A DNA stretch of 64,000 bases, taken from positions 927 through 64,926 of the IMG/VR virus record IMGVR_UViG_3300037258_000171. The stretch is one strand, 5' to 3'. The position numbers and the translations under genes are program-made. Positions 1-8,680 of this stretch are shown here, one piece after another. Every line of letters begins with the position of its first letter. Position 1 is the first letter of the stretch. A model generated the notes under the pieces. The model worked only from the letters and a program-made list of their open reading frames with translations. It was not told where the DNA came from and made no database searches. The stretch is from a virus (Duplodnaviria > Caudoviricetes).

Positions 1-1
1 C

Positions 2-169
2 GCGGAGAACCCGCCGCCTCCCGTGATCCCCGGCAGCGCCCCGCCCGGTGATCCCGCGGACCAGGATGACGACGAGGCTGCCGAGACGCTTCAGGCTGCC
101 TATCACGCCCGGTTCCGCGAGGCGCTGGCCCGCTACCGGGAGATCACCGAGGAAGATGAGGTGGCATGA
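2..169 (+). CDS. C-terminal end of a gene truncated by the window edge, probably the portal protein
   Basis: Open frame from position 2 (AENPPPPVIPGSAPPGDPADQDDDE...EDEVA*) with a Pro/acidic tail. Its TGA overlaps the next ATG (ATGA at 166-169). It lies upstream of the MuF/protease/capsid genes. Confidence 0.5.
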   Translation, partial: AENPPPPVIPGSAPPGDPADQDDDEAAETLQAAYHARFREALARYREITEEDEVA

Positions 170-483
170 CTGAGACTGCCACCTTCAGCACCAGCAGCCT
201 GGACTGGGCACGCGGCGTTGAGTACGGCCTCCTGTTCGCCCGGATCAAGTACGGTGCCCGCGTCGCGACCTACCCGGTGCATTCCGATCTCGCGCAGTCA
301 GCGCAGCGCCTGGCGGACCTGTACGGCTTCGGCTTCAGGTCCGATCCCCACGAGCACGGGGATCTCTGCGCCGAGTGCATCGGCCGCGACGACTGCAAGG
401 ACGGCCAGGGCTGGCTGGACATCACGTTCAGCCCGCGCCGGTCACCGAGGAGGCGTCGTGGCCGATCCGCAGCCGCCTCCTGA
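166..483 (+). CDS. hypothetical phage protein with Cys/His cluster
   Basis: GAGGTG SD and ATGA coupling to the previous gene; HEHGDLCAECIGRDDC. Confidence 0.6.
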   Translation: MTETATFSTSSLDWARGVEYGLLFARIKYGARVATYPVHSDLAQSAQRLADLYGFGFRSDPHEHGDLCAECIGRDDCKDGQGWLDITFSPRRSPRRRRGRSAAAS

Positions 484-605
484 GCAGCCCTATCAGCTTC
501 CCGGCACTCACCCGGCCTGGTCGCTGGCCACGCTTCCCGGCCAGCCGCTCACCGCCGCGGGAGCTGCCTGCTTCGTGCCGAAACTGATCTACTGAGGAGA
601 GTTCA

Positions 606-908
606 ATGACGGCGACGGGCGCGGGATGCTCCGAGTGCGGCCAGCCGGTCACCAGCCACGCTGACCGGGCCGGGAACCTCACCTACGTTCACGCCGCGCC
701 ACCGGATGACGGTCACAAGGCGGAACTGGCACCGGTCACCGTCACCTACCGGCATGAGGGCACCTGGACGGACGTGTCCTGCCCCGAACTGGGCGGCCAC
801 CTCGGCACGGTGACGGACCAGGCCGCGGCCACGGCCCTGGCCTGGACGTGCCTGCGGCGCCTGCAGCCGCCCCGCAGCGTGCGCGAGCGGCATGAGGCCG
901 CTGCCTGA
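606..908 (+). CDS. hypothetical phage protein
   Basis: Strong GAGGAG SD before the ATG; N-terminal CSECG. Confidence 0.6.
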   Translation: MTATGAGCSECGQPVTSHADRAGNLTYVHAAPPDDGHKAELAPVTVTYRHEGTWTDVSCPELGGHLGTVTDQAAATALAWTCLRRLQPPRSVRERHEAAA

Positions 909-1920
909 CGCCGCGCGGGCCTACGCCGCCGGCTGGGCGCTGTCCGGTGCCCGGCTCGGCGAGCGGTTCGACGCGGGCATCCTGGCCGCAGCCTCCGGCG
1001 ATGACCATCTCGCCGAGGTCACCCTGAAACTCGGTGCTCTCACCGGCACGTGGGCTCAGGTCTACGACCGCCAGGACGCCCTGTATGACCGCGAGGCACG
1101 CAAGCTGACCCGCATCTGGCGAAAGCTCACCGCAGAGGCCGGAGCCGGCACGGCCGGGGGCATCGCGGTCGCGCGGATGGTCGCCGCGTTCCGCCGCCGG
1201 GCACTGATGACCGGTGACGGTCCCGCGCCAGCCGCGGACCATGAGAGCCCGGATGGCCGGGCTGAGCGCAGGCGGGAACTGAGGGCCATCGCGCTGGCTG
1301 CAGCCGCGGCGATGCTCGCCGGCCTGCCGGGCGCGGACCTGTACCCGGAGTTCCTGGCCGCGATCTCGGCCGCGCTGGCCGCCGGGGCGGGTGAGGGATT
1401 CGCCGCAGCGCTCGCACTGGCCGCCTCCGATGCGGGGCATGCGGGTTTCGACTGGGATGCCGCGCAGGAAGCCGGGCAGCAGGAGCCTGACCAGGGCGAG
1501 CAGATGCTCATCTCGCAGGCGCTCATCGCCGCGATGGCATCCGGGGTCGCCGCGGTCCTGGTAGCCGGGGCTGTCGCGGGAGTGACTGCGGCGGCCATGG
1601 CGAAGGCCGTGAAGGCTGCCCTGCATGAGGCCGCGAACCTGGCGGTCACCCTGACGCACGCGATCGGGTCGGCCATCTCCTCGGCGTGGCTGGCGGTCTA
1701 CGACCGGGCCCGCGCGCCGCGGATCCTCTGGGTGACGGCCGGAGATGACAGGGTCTGCCCTGTCTGCGATGGATATGAGGCAGACAACCCTTATACGCCA
1801 GAGACATTCCCGCCCATGCCCGCTCACTTCAAATGCAGGTGCGCGCCCCATGCCGAGGGCGCGAATGTCATCGACCTCGATACCTACGCCCGTTTCCTGA
1901 CCGACCGGAGGGCGGCCTGA
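892..1920 (+). CDS. MuF/SPP1 gp7-like minor head (head morphogenesis) protein
   Basis: C-terminal WVTAGDDRVCPVC...PAHFKCRC signature; position after the portal. Confidence 0.85.
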   Translation: MRPLPDAARAYAAGWALSGARLGERFDAGILAAASGDDHLAEVTLKLGALTGTWAQVYDRQDALYDREARKLTRIWRKLTAEAGAGTAGGIAVARMVAAFRRRALMTGDGPAPAADHESPDGRAERRRELRAIALAAAAAMLAGLPGADLYPEFLAAISAALAAGAGEGFAAALALAASDAGHAGFDWDAAQEAGQQEPDQGEQMLISQALIAAMASGVAAVLVAGAVAGVTAAAMAKAVKAALHEAANLAVTLTHAIGSAISSAWLAVYDRARAPRILWVTAGDDRVCPVCDGYEADNPYTPETFPPMPAHFKCRCAPHAEGANVIDLDTYARFLTDRRAA

Positions 1921-2364
1921 ATGGCGAACCTTTACCCCCGCGCCAGGCTCCTGTGGTCCCTGACGTCATCCGGGCTGGGCACCACGATCTCCGCGGACGG
2001 CGACTCGGGCGGATGGGCCGGCCCCGGGCCCGGAGCATCCCCCCCCGCCACCGACGAGGAGACGCCGGCAGACCTGCGCGACATCTGCGACGTCACCCTC
2101 ATGATCAGCGTCGGCGACATCACTGACTCGCCCACGCTGGCCGTCACCCTCAACGTCTTCGATGACCTCGGAAACCTGTACACAACCGGCCTGGCCAGCG
2201 GCGACATCACCGAGGCCGGGGCCACGATGGTCTCCGCCGGCCTGCACGGCGGCTACGACGGCACATCGTCCTCCTACCTGGTATTGCCTATGTGGGGTCA
2301 GATCTCCTGGACCATCTCCGGCGGCACCGTCACCGGCACCGAGATCTCACTCCTCGGCCGCTGA
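1921..2364 (+). CDS. putative virion structural protein (beta-rich)
   Basis: G/S/T-rich protein in the head module with a GGAGG SD. Confidence 0.55.
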   Translation: MANLYPRARLLWSLTSSGLGTTISADGDSGGWAGPGPGASPPATDEETPADLRDICDVTLMISVGDITDSPTLAVTLNVFDDLGNLYTTGLASGDITEAGATMVSAGLHGGYDGTSSSYLVLPMWGQISWTISGGTVTGTEISLLGR

Positions 2365-2413
2365 CGGCCTTTCCTCCCCCGTCCTGCCAGCCCACTGAAA
2401 GGGGCGCTCAGCC

Positions 2414-2746
2414 ATGGCTTTCTCTCCCGTTTCCTACCAGGCCGCCGTTGACACCGCCGGGAACCCGGTCGAGCCGACCGGCACCGCGGCCATCGCGGCC
2501 GGCGCCAGCACGACCGTGCTGAAGACCGGGCCGGGCCGCCTGGCCCGCGTCACCGTCACCACCGCCGGGACCTCCACCGACAACGCCACCATCTACGACA
2601 ACACCGCCGGGTCGGGCAAGATCATCGCGGTCATCCTGGGCGGCACGGCAGTCGGGACCTCGTTCCCCTTCGATGCCCCGGTGGCCACCGGCATCACCGT
2701 CGTGAACGTGGCCAGCGGGCCGGCCTTCACGGCCACCTTCAGCTGA
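2414..2746 (+). CDS. putative virion structural/decoration protein
   Basis: T/G/A-rich beta-sandwich-like sequence (LKTGPGRLARVTV...ATIYDN...GITVV) in the head module. Confidence 0.55.
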   Translation: MAFSPVSYQAAVDTAGNPVEPTGTAAIAAGASTTVLKTGPGRLARVTVTTAGTSTDNATIYDNTAGSGKIIAVILGGTAVGTSFPFDAPVATGITVVNVASGPAFTATFS

Positions 2747-2934
2747 TGCCAGCACAGCCCGGACCTGAGCCGGAACTGCCCGCGGCGACGTCAGTGCCGG
2801 GCAGCCCCGAGCGGTTTGCCTCGATGCTGCTGCACGCGCTGAAGGATCCCGCGCTGGCCCGCGCCATCCACGCAGCAGTCCGGCGAGATGAGAACGAGCT
2901 CGCGAAGGCCAGCCCCGCCGGGCACCGGAACTGA
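2746..2934 (+). CDS. hypothetical protein
   Basis: TGATG coupling to the upstream gene; fills the gap before the protease. Confidence 0.5.
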   Translation: MPAQPGPEPELPAATSVPGSPERFASMLLHALKDPALARAIHAAVRRDENELAKASPAGHRN

Positions 2935-2949
2935 GGGGCAGGAGGCGGC

Positions 2950-4404
2950 ATGGCGAAGGTCATCGCGACCATCGGCGGCGTTGCCCTGGCGCCGGGCATC
3001 TCGAAGAACCGCCGCTGGTACCGGTCCGAGGTCATCGCGAAGGCGTATGCCCGCGCCCAGGAGCGGATCGGGGCCGGCGAGCCCCTCACGATGCTGTCGC
3101 ACCACGAGGCCGGCGACGACTCCACCCGAATCGCCGCCTCCCTGACGGGCGTCAGCCTGGACGAGGAAGGCCGGCTCCGGTGGTCGGCGGGCATCGCGGA
3201 CACCGATACCGGCCGCACCATCGCATCCCTCACCGACACCAGCGACGGCAGGCCGCCGCACCTGGAGAACGTGAGCATCCGCGGTCACTGGATCGGCACT
3301 GTCCGCAAGGTCAGGGGGCCGGACGGGCAGCCGGTCGAGACCGCGGATGACCTGGCGCTGGACGGCCTGGACTTCACCAAGTCGCCGGGCGTCGCGGGCG
3401 CGGCCATCGACACGTTCACCTGGTCTGACCGCGCGGGCCGCACCGAGACGACAGAGCGCGTCTACATCACCGAGAGCGTCCAGGAGGCGCGCGTGACGAT
3501 CACCGAAGAGACCGGGCCTGCTGCCGCGCCCGTCATCAGCGAGGCAGTCCTGGAGGCATTCGGCGGCGGCCACGTCCTCGACAACGGGCTCTGCGTGACC
3601 TGCGAGGCAGCCGGCTCCACGGGCGGGACGGGGCACGCTGACCCCGGCTATCAGGACGACAAGAAGCCGCGGTACGACCTGACCACCAGGGCCAACGCCA
3701 AGGCGGCCTGGACATACATCGGCCAGAAGGACAACGCGGCCAGGTACACCGCGAACCAGCTCAAGCGCATCAAGGGCCGCATCAAGGCCGCGCTGTCCAG
3801 GTTCGGCGTCACGGTCGCCGCCGAGTCGGGGTGGCTGGTCGGCGAGCCCCTGGCCGTGTCCGAGGCGCTGGCCGAGTGGTGGCCCGGCCAGGACCCGCAG
3901 ACGTCCGGGTCGTACTGCCTGTCGGCGTGCAACGGCCCCACGAGCCTCACGATCTCGTCGTGCTCCCTGGACCCCGAAGACCTCGACCCGGTCCTCCGCG
4001 CCGCCGCCGATGCCGCGTGCAAGGCCCTCGCGGCACTGGACCCGGACATGGACGGCGACATCGACGTCCCCGGCGCCGGCCACGCCGACACCGACCACGA
4101 CATGGGCCGCGAGAGCGCCGATGACGACGAAGAGATGGACGAGGCCGCGAAGGCGGAGGGGCCGGTCACCGGGGTCACCAGCGCGGTGAAGAGCACCTTC
4201 CTGTCATCGGTGAAGCGCGACACCCCCGTTGACATCGCGGCGGGGATGCGGCGCCTGTCCCAGTGGGCCGCGTCCGGCCACTACCCGCAGGGGACGTCCT
4301 ACGCCGACCTGAAGTGGTTCTACGACCAGTGCGCTAAAGAGCTGAAGTCCCGCGACCCGAAGTCGACGGCCGGCGGGAACTTCCCGGCGCAGAAGGCGAG
4401 CTGA
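2950..4404 (+). CDS. capsid maturation protease-like protein with a DUF6582-like domain
   Basis: N-terminal PGISKNRRWY...LSHH...VSIRG...LDFTKSPGVAGA, typical of prohead proteases. Internal ADPGYQDDKKPRY...AKAAWTYI...RIKGRIKAAL resembles DUF6582. GGAGG SD. Confidence 0.75.
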   Translation: MAKVIATIGGVALAPGISKNRRWYRSEVIAKAYARAQERIGAGEPLTMLSHHEAGDDSTRIAASLTGVSLDEEGRLRWSAGIADTDTGRTIASLTDTSDGRPPHLENVSIRGHWIGTVRKVRGPDGQPVETADDLALDGLDFTKSPGVAGAAIDTFTWSDRAGRTETTERVYITESVQEARVTITEETGPAAAPVISEAVLEAFGGGHVLDNGLCVTCEAAGSTGGTGHADPGYQDDKKPRYDLTTRANAKAAWTYIGQKDNAARYTANQLKRIKGRIKAALSRFGVTVAAESGWLVGEPLAVSEALAEWWPGQDPQTSGSYCLSACNGPTSLTISSCSLDPEDLDPVLRAAADAACKALAALDPDMDGDIDVPGAGHADTDHDMGRESADDDEEMDEAAKAEGPVTGVTSAVKSTFLSSVKRDTPVDIAAGMRRLSQWAASGHYPQGTSYADLKWFYDQCAKELKSRDPKSTAGGNFPAQKAS

Positions 4405-4406
4405 CC

Positions 4407-4997
4407 GTGAGCGACGACGTCACCGAGTGCAAGGCCCTGATGGCCGCCCTGAAGACTGCCCGCTCGCCGGAGGGCGACGGGAACGAGACTGCGGCCCCGG
4501 CCGCGGGAACCGAGGAGGAAGCCGTGAGCGACACCACCACGGAGGCCGCGGCTATGGCCCCGGCGTCCGTCACCCTGACCCAGGAGCAGTTCGACGCCCT
4601 GCTGGCCCGCACGGCACCTGCGGCCACGGAGGCTGCCCCGGCGGCCCCCGCGGCCACCGAGACCGCCGCCCCGGCTGCTGCCGTGGCGGAGACCGCGGAC
4701 CAGCGCATGGCACGCCTCAGCGCCCTGGCCGATGCCAAGGTCGCCGAGGCCGCGCAGAAGGACGGCCTTCAGGTCACCGAGACCGACGAGCAGATCATGG
4801 AGCGCCTCATCGAGGAGCGCCTCGTCCCGCTGCGCCAGGCCGCCGCCGAGAAGACCGGCGCCGGCACAGCCCGCAAGGGACTGCTGGACAACATCGCCGA
4901 GCAGGCGCCCGGCACGACCAAGGTGCTCCAGGAGTGCAGCGGCGCCGACCTCTCCGCGCTGGCCGCCGCCGCGTACCCGGCTCCCGGGCGCCGGTAG
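4407..4997 (+). CDS. capsid scaffolding protein
   Basis: Ala/Glu/Thr/Pro-rich low-complexity helical protein directly upstream of the major capsid gene; a possible second start at GTG 4524 after GAGGAGG. Confidence 0.65.
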   Translation: MSDDVTECKALMAALKTARSPEGDGNETAAPAAGTEEEAVSDTTTEAAAMAPASVTLTQEQFDALLARTAPAATEAAPAAPAATETAAPAAAVAETADQRMARLSALADAKVAEAAQKDGLQVTETDEQIMERLIEERLVPLRQAAAEKTGAGTARKGLLDNIAEQAPGTTKVLQECSGADLSALAAAAYPAPGRR

Positions 4998-5120
4998 CCA
5001 CGCCGGGCGGCACCAGCCGTCCCCCTGATCCACCCTGACCGCCAGCGCCCCCGCGCTGGTGCCTCCCATGGCGGCAACGGCCGATCACCGAAACCCACCG
5101 TCACGGAAGGCCATACAGCC

Positions 5121-6515
5121 ATGTCCGAAATCCGCGAGGCGCTGACCGCCGCCGGCGCAGCCCCGTTCGTCCCGAAGATCATCGACCCGCTGCTGGTCGA
5201 GTACCAGCGCCGGTTCGCCCCCTGGTGCCGGGCCATCCCCACCAAGAAGACGAACTCCACCACGTACTACTTCAACCAGCGCACCGTGAACGTCTCGGGC
5301 GGCGCTGTCCCGGACGGCGGCGCACGGCCCGTCAGCACCAGCACGTACGTGCAGCAGGGCGCGACCATGGGCCACGTCCAGGCGGTCGGCTCCGTCACCG
5401 GCTACGCCCAGGCCGTCACCCAGGAAGTCATCCAGAACCTGAGGGCCACTGAAATCAACGGGGCCATCAAGGGCTACTACTGGGACGTCGAGACCTTCAT
5501 GGGCTGGGGCAACGCCGCCAGCACCACCTACAACCCCGGTGCCGCGCAGCCGCAGTTCGACGGCCTCGACACGCAGATCAGCACCTTCAGCGGCGGCGGG
5601 AACCAGAACGTCATCGACTACGCCGGCAAGTCGCTGTCCCTGGCGACCCTGGACGAGCTGATCGTCATGGTGTCGGGCAACGCCGCCGAGCCCGTCGCGG
5701 ACTCCTCGTGGATGTTCGTGATGTCGGTGGCGGCCGAGGCGCGGATCGGGCAACTGCTGGTCAACCAGCAGCGCTACACCGACGTTGAGGTGGAGGCCGG
5801 CCTGATCGTCGGCTCCTACAAGCGCGTCCCGCTGGTGCCGTCCTCGTTCCTGTCCACGCTGGGCTACCAGGTCGGCACGGTGAGCGCCGGCACCGCGACC
5901 ACGGGCGGCTCGCTTCCCGACTCCACCACGTACAAGTACCAGGTCAGCGCGATCATCGCCCGCCAGGGCGAGATCCTGCCGTCCCCCGAGGTCAGCCAGG
6001 CAACCGGGTCGGGCAGCGGCGCCAACACCATCACGCTGACCCTCACCCCGCCGGCCGGGCAGGACGGCCTCGGCCCGCAGCTGTACAAGGTGTGGCGCAC
6101 GGCGGCGGGCGGCGCGGCGAACAGTGAGACGTTCCTCGGCTACGTGGACTCCACTGTCGGGCTGGCCAGCGACGGCGTGACGCCGGTCGTGACCAACCAG
6201 ATCGTGGACACGGGCACCGCGCTGGTCCCGCAGCAGTCGAGCGGGTCGCTGGTGCCGGGCACGCTGCCGACGTCCTACTTCGGGACGAACGCAAGCATGC
6301 TGCCACCGGGCGCCGGCTCCGAGAACATCTATCTCATGAGCCGCGACCCCGGCAACATCGTGCGCCCGTTCGTGAGGGAGGCAGAAATGCTGGACGTCTA
6401 CCCCACGACCAGCTCGCCCGACTCGCTGCCGTTCGCGATCATGGGTGATACGTGCCTGGCGGTTCGTACCCCTAAGTTCTGCGGGCGCGCTTATCGCGTC
6501 GGCGTCGCCGCCTGA
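5121..6515 (+). CDS. major capsid protein with an inserted Ig/FN3-like domain
   Basis: Size and position; HK97-fold-like motifs (IIDPLLVEY, QFDGLDTQI, LSLATLDELI); followed by a strong hairpin. Confidence 0.85.
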   Translation: MSEIREALTAAGAAPFVPKIIDPLLVEYQRRFAPWCRAIPTKKTNSTTYYFNQRTVNVSGGAVPDGGARPVSTSTYVQQGATMGHVQAVGSVTGYAQAVTQEVIQNLRATEINGAIKGYYWDVETFMGWGNAASTTYNPGAAQPQFDGLDTQISTFSGGGNQNVIDYAGKSLSLATLDELIVMVSGNAAEPVADSSWMFVMSVAAEARIGQLLVNQQRYTDVEVEAGLIVGSYKRVPLVPSSFLSTLGYQVGTVSAGTATTGGSLPDSTTYKYQVSAIIARQGEILPSPEVSQATGSGSGANTITLTLTPPAGQDGLGPQLYKVWRTAAGGAANSETFLGYVDSTVGLASDGVTPVVTNQIVDTGTALVPQQSSGSLVPGTLPTSYFGTNASMLPPGAGSENIYLMSRDPGNIVRPFVREAEMLDVYPTTSSPDSLPFAIMGDTCLAVRTPKFCGRAYRVGVAA

Positions 6516-6535
6516 CCTGCACGTTTCCTAGTACC

Positions 6536-6576
6536 GGCCGTCCCGCCTGCGTCGTGAGTGCAGGCGGGACGGCCGT
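6536..6576 (+). terminator. GC-rich hairpin after the capsid gene
   Basis: cggccgtcccgcctgc-loop-gcaggcgggacggccg perfect stem; no U-tract. Confidence 0.6.
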
Positions 6577-6593
6577 CACCCGGAAGGGGCGCT

Positions 6594-6884
6594 ATGCGCA
6601 TCGCCAAGGAAACCGGCGGCTGCACCATCAGCTACGCCGGCAAGGACTACACCTGGAAGACGGACGGCGCCGCGATCCAGGTACCCCGCGAGCTGGGCCG
6701 GGAACTTCTGTCCATCCGGGGTGCCGGCTACTCCGAGCCGGAGGACCCCGCGCCGTCCCAGCCCGCGAGGCCCCCCGCCGTGACCGAGCCGGAACCTGCG
6801 GAGGAGAAGGCCGTCACCGAGCCCGCGCCGGCGGCTAAGGCCCCGGTGACCGAGGCCCCCGCTAAGAGCGCCCCCGCCAAGTAA
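6594..6884 (+). CDS. hypothetical head-associated protein with a Pro/Ala/Glu-rich tail
   Basis: GGAAGGGG SD and ATG at 6594; post-capsid position. Confidence 0.6.
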   Translation: MRIAKETGGCTISYAGKDYTWKTDGAAIQVPRELGRELLSIRGAGYSEPEDPAPSQPARPPAVTEPEPAEEKAVTEPAPAAKAPVTEAPAKSAPAK

Positions 6885-6924
6885 CCGCGCGTTACCCGCT
6901 CACGCCAGACCTGCAGGGGGTGCC

Positions 6925-7584
6925 GTGGCGGATCCGGTCGTCCCCCTGTGCTCCGTCGAGGACTTCGAGGCCAGCGCCTACAACGACCTGGTGCGCCAGT
7001 TCGAGGGCGCCGAGATCTCCGAGATCCTCGCCGACGCGACCCGGCTGTGCGAGGAAGCCTGCTCCCGGCGCCTGGCGCCGTTCACGATCACCGAGACGGT
7101 CCGGGCCACGGGCATCGACCCGGACGAGTACGCGGAGGGCGCCAGCATCCCGCTGGACATCCAGGGAACCCTCGGCATGTCCTACGCGGCGGCCCTGGGC
7201 GGCATGTCGCTGGTCCGGAAGTTCTGGCTGCACGAGTACCCGTGCCGCTACCCCGACATGTGGGCGTACAGCAACGTGTCGGTCACGATCATCCGGTCCT
7301 ACGGCGGCACTCAGCAGCTGTCGCCGGGGCAGATCCTGGACGGTCCTGACGACACCGGGCAGATCCGGGTGACCCTCGGCACGTTCCTGCCGATCGGGTC
7401 CAGCATCCGGGTGACCTACTCGGGCGGCTACACGGTAGCGGTCCCGTCATCCCTGGTACGGGCGTGCAAGATGATGGCCGCCCACCTGGTGGTCCGCGAG
7501 CTTGACCCGGAGTCCACCGCGCACGACCCGGACCAGCTCCGCGCCGACGCCCTGGAGATCCTCGGCCAGTGGGCCCGGGCGTGA
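6925..7584 (+). CDS. head-to-tail adaptor
   Basis: ILADATRLCEEACSRRL and VTYSGGY...VPSSLVRAC motifs typical of gp15/gp6-like connectors. Confidence 0.75.
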   Translation: MADPVVPLCSVEDFEASAYNDLVRQFEGAEISEILADATRLCEEACSRRLAPFTITETVRATGIDPDEYAEGASIPLDIQGTLGMSYAAALGGMSLVRKFWLHEYPCRYPDMWAYSNVSVTIIRSYGGTQQLSPGQILDGPDDTGQIRVTLGTFLPIGSSIRVTYSGGYTVAVPSSLVRACKMMAAHLVVRELDPESTAHDPDQLRADALEILGQWARA

Positions 7585-8177
7585 CCGCCAAGGTCAAGTC
7601 CGGCCCGCAGCCTCACTCGCACACCACGGTCACGAACCACGGGAAGACCCGGACGACGGTGACCCGGATCGGCCACGAGACGATCAAGTCGGTCACCACG
7701 AAAGCCGGCAACAAGCGGATCACCACCCGGACGGTCACCCGGCACGGGAAGGTGATCAGCCACTCCCGGTCGGTGTCCCAGGTCCGCAGGCATACCGCGG
7801 CGAAGCACAAGGCGAAGAAGCGCGGCGCTATCGCCCCGGTCGCCGGGGGCTTCTGGATCACCGGCTGCAACGACTGGCTGGCCACGTGCGCGGCGACCGC
7901 CGCGGCTAACTCGCTGCTGCTGGCAACGGGACAGCGGGTGGAGGAGTGGCAGGTCCGCGCCCTCACCGGGCAGCAGTCCATCCCGGACGTCCTGGCTGCG
8001 ATCGGCGTGCCGTTCCGCGAGGCTGAGAGCTTCGAGGACGGCGTGATCCTCGGCGTGACCGGCCAGCATGCCGTGACCGTCCATGACGGCGCAGCCGTGT
8101 CCTGGGGCGCGGAGACCGGCCTGTGCGGCCTGGTGATCGAGGAAGCCTGGGAGCCGCTCTGGGAGGCGATCCCGTGA
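7581..8177 (+). CDS. protein with a basic T/K/R/H-rich N-terminus and a papain-like Cys/His C-terminal domain
   Basis: GTGA coupling; TCAATAAANSL...HAVTV...VSWG. Confidence 0.5.
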   Translation: MTAKVKSGPQPHSHTTVTNHGKTRTTVTRIGHETIKSVTTKAGNKRITTRTVTRHGKVISHSRSVSQVRRHTAAKHKAKKRGAIAPVAGGFWITGCNDWLATCAATAAANSLLLATGQRVEEWQVRALTGQQSIPDVLAAIGVPFREAESFEDGVILGVTGQHAVTVHDGAAVSWGAETGLCGLVIEEAWEPLWEAIP

Positions 8178-8665
8178 GCACTGCAACGGTCGAGAGCCGC
8201 GAGGCTGCCTGGCTGTCGCAGACGGGTGATTCACTGCCCTCCCTGCTGGCGGCTAACGGCGGACCGTTCGAGCTCATCGATGCGTTCGACCCGGTCGCCG
8301 CACGGCCGAAGATGAAGAACACTCTGTACGTGATGGCCCTGCACGCCAGCGACCAGCGCGTCAGCAATCAGAGGATTCGTCCTCAGTACGAGATCACGCT
8401 GGACATCAACTGGCCCGCCCGCAAGCCCGGCACGCCGCTAGCTGAGACGGCGATGCAGGACATGAAGAACGCCGTGGACCTGGTCCTCCAGCGGGTGCGG
8501 GGGCCAGTCGGCGACAAGACGCACGGCGGGCGGTTCCTGTCCGTCGCGGAAGTCCCGGCGATGGCAAGCGTGGCCTACTCGGATCCGTCTGTGACGATCT
8601 CTGCCGGCAGCTACGTCGGCTGTGTGGTTAGTTACAGGGCCGACGACTTCGAGCTCAGCGGCTAG
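8174..8665 (+). CDS. putative tail terminator/neck protein
   Basis: Position directly before the tail tube gene; about 160 aa alpha/beta pattern; GTGA coupling. Confidence 0.55.
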   Translation: MSTATVESREAAWLSQTGDSLPSLLAANGGPFELIDAFDPVAARPKMKNTLYVMALHASDQRVSNQRIRPQYEITLDINWPARKPGTPLAETAMQDMKNAVDLVLQRVRGPVGDKTHGGRFLSVAEVPAMASVAYSDPSVTISAGSYVGCVVSYRADDFELSG

Positions 8666-8680
8666 CCAGCGGAGGGCACC

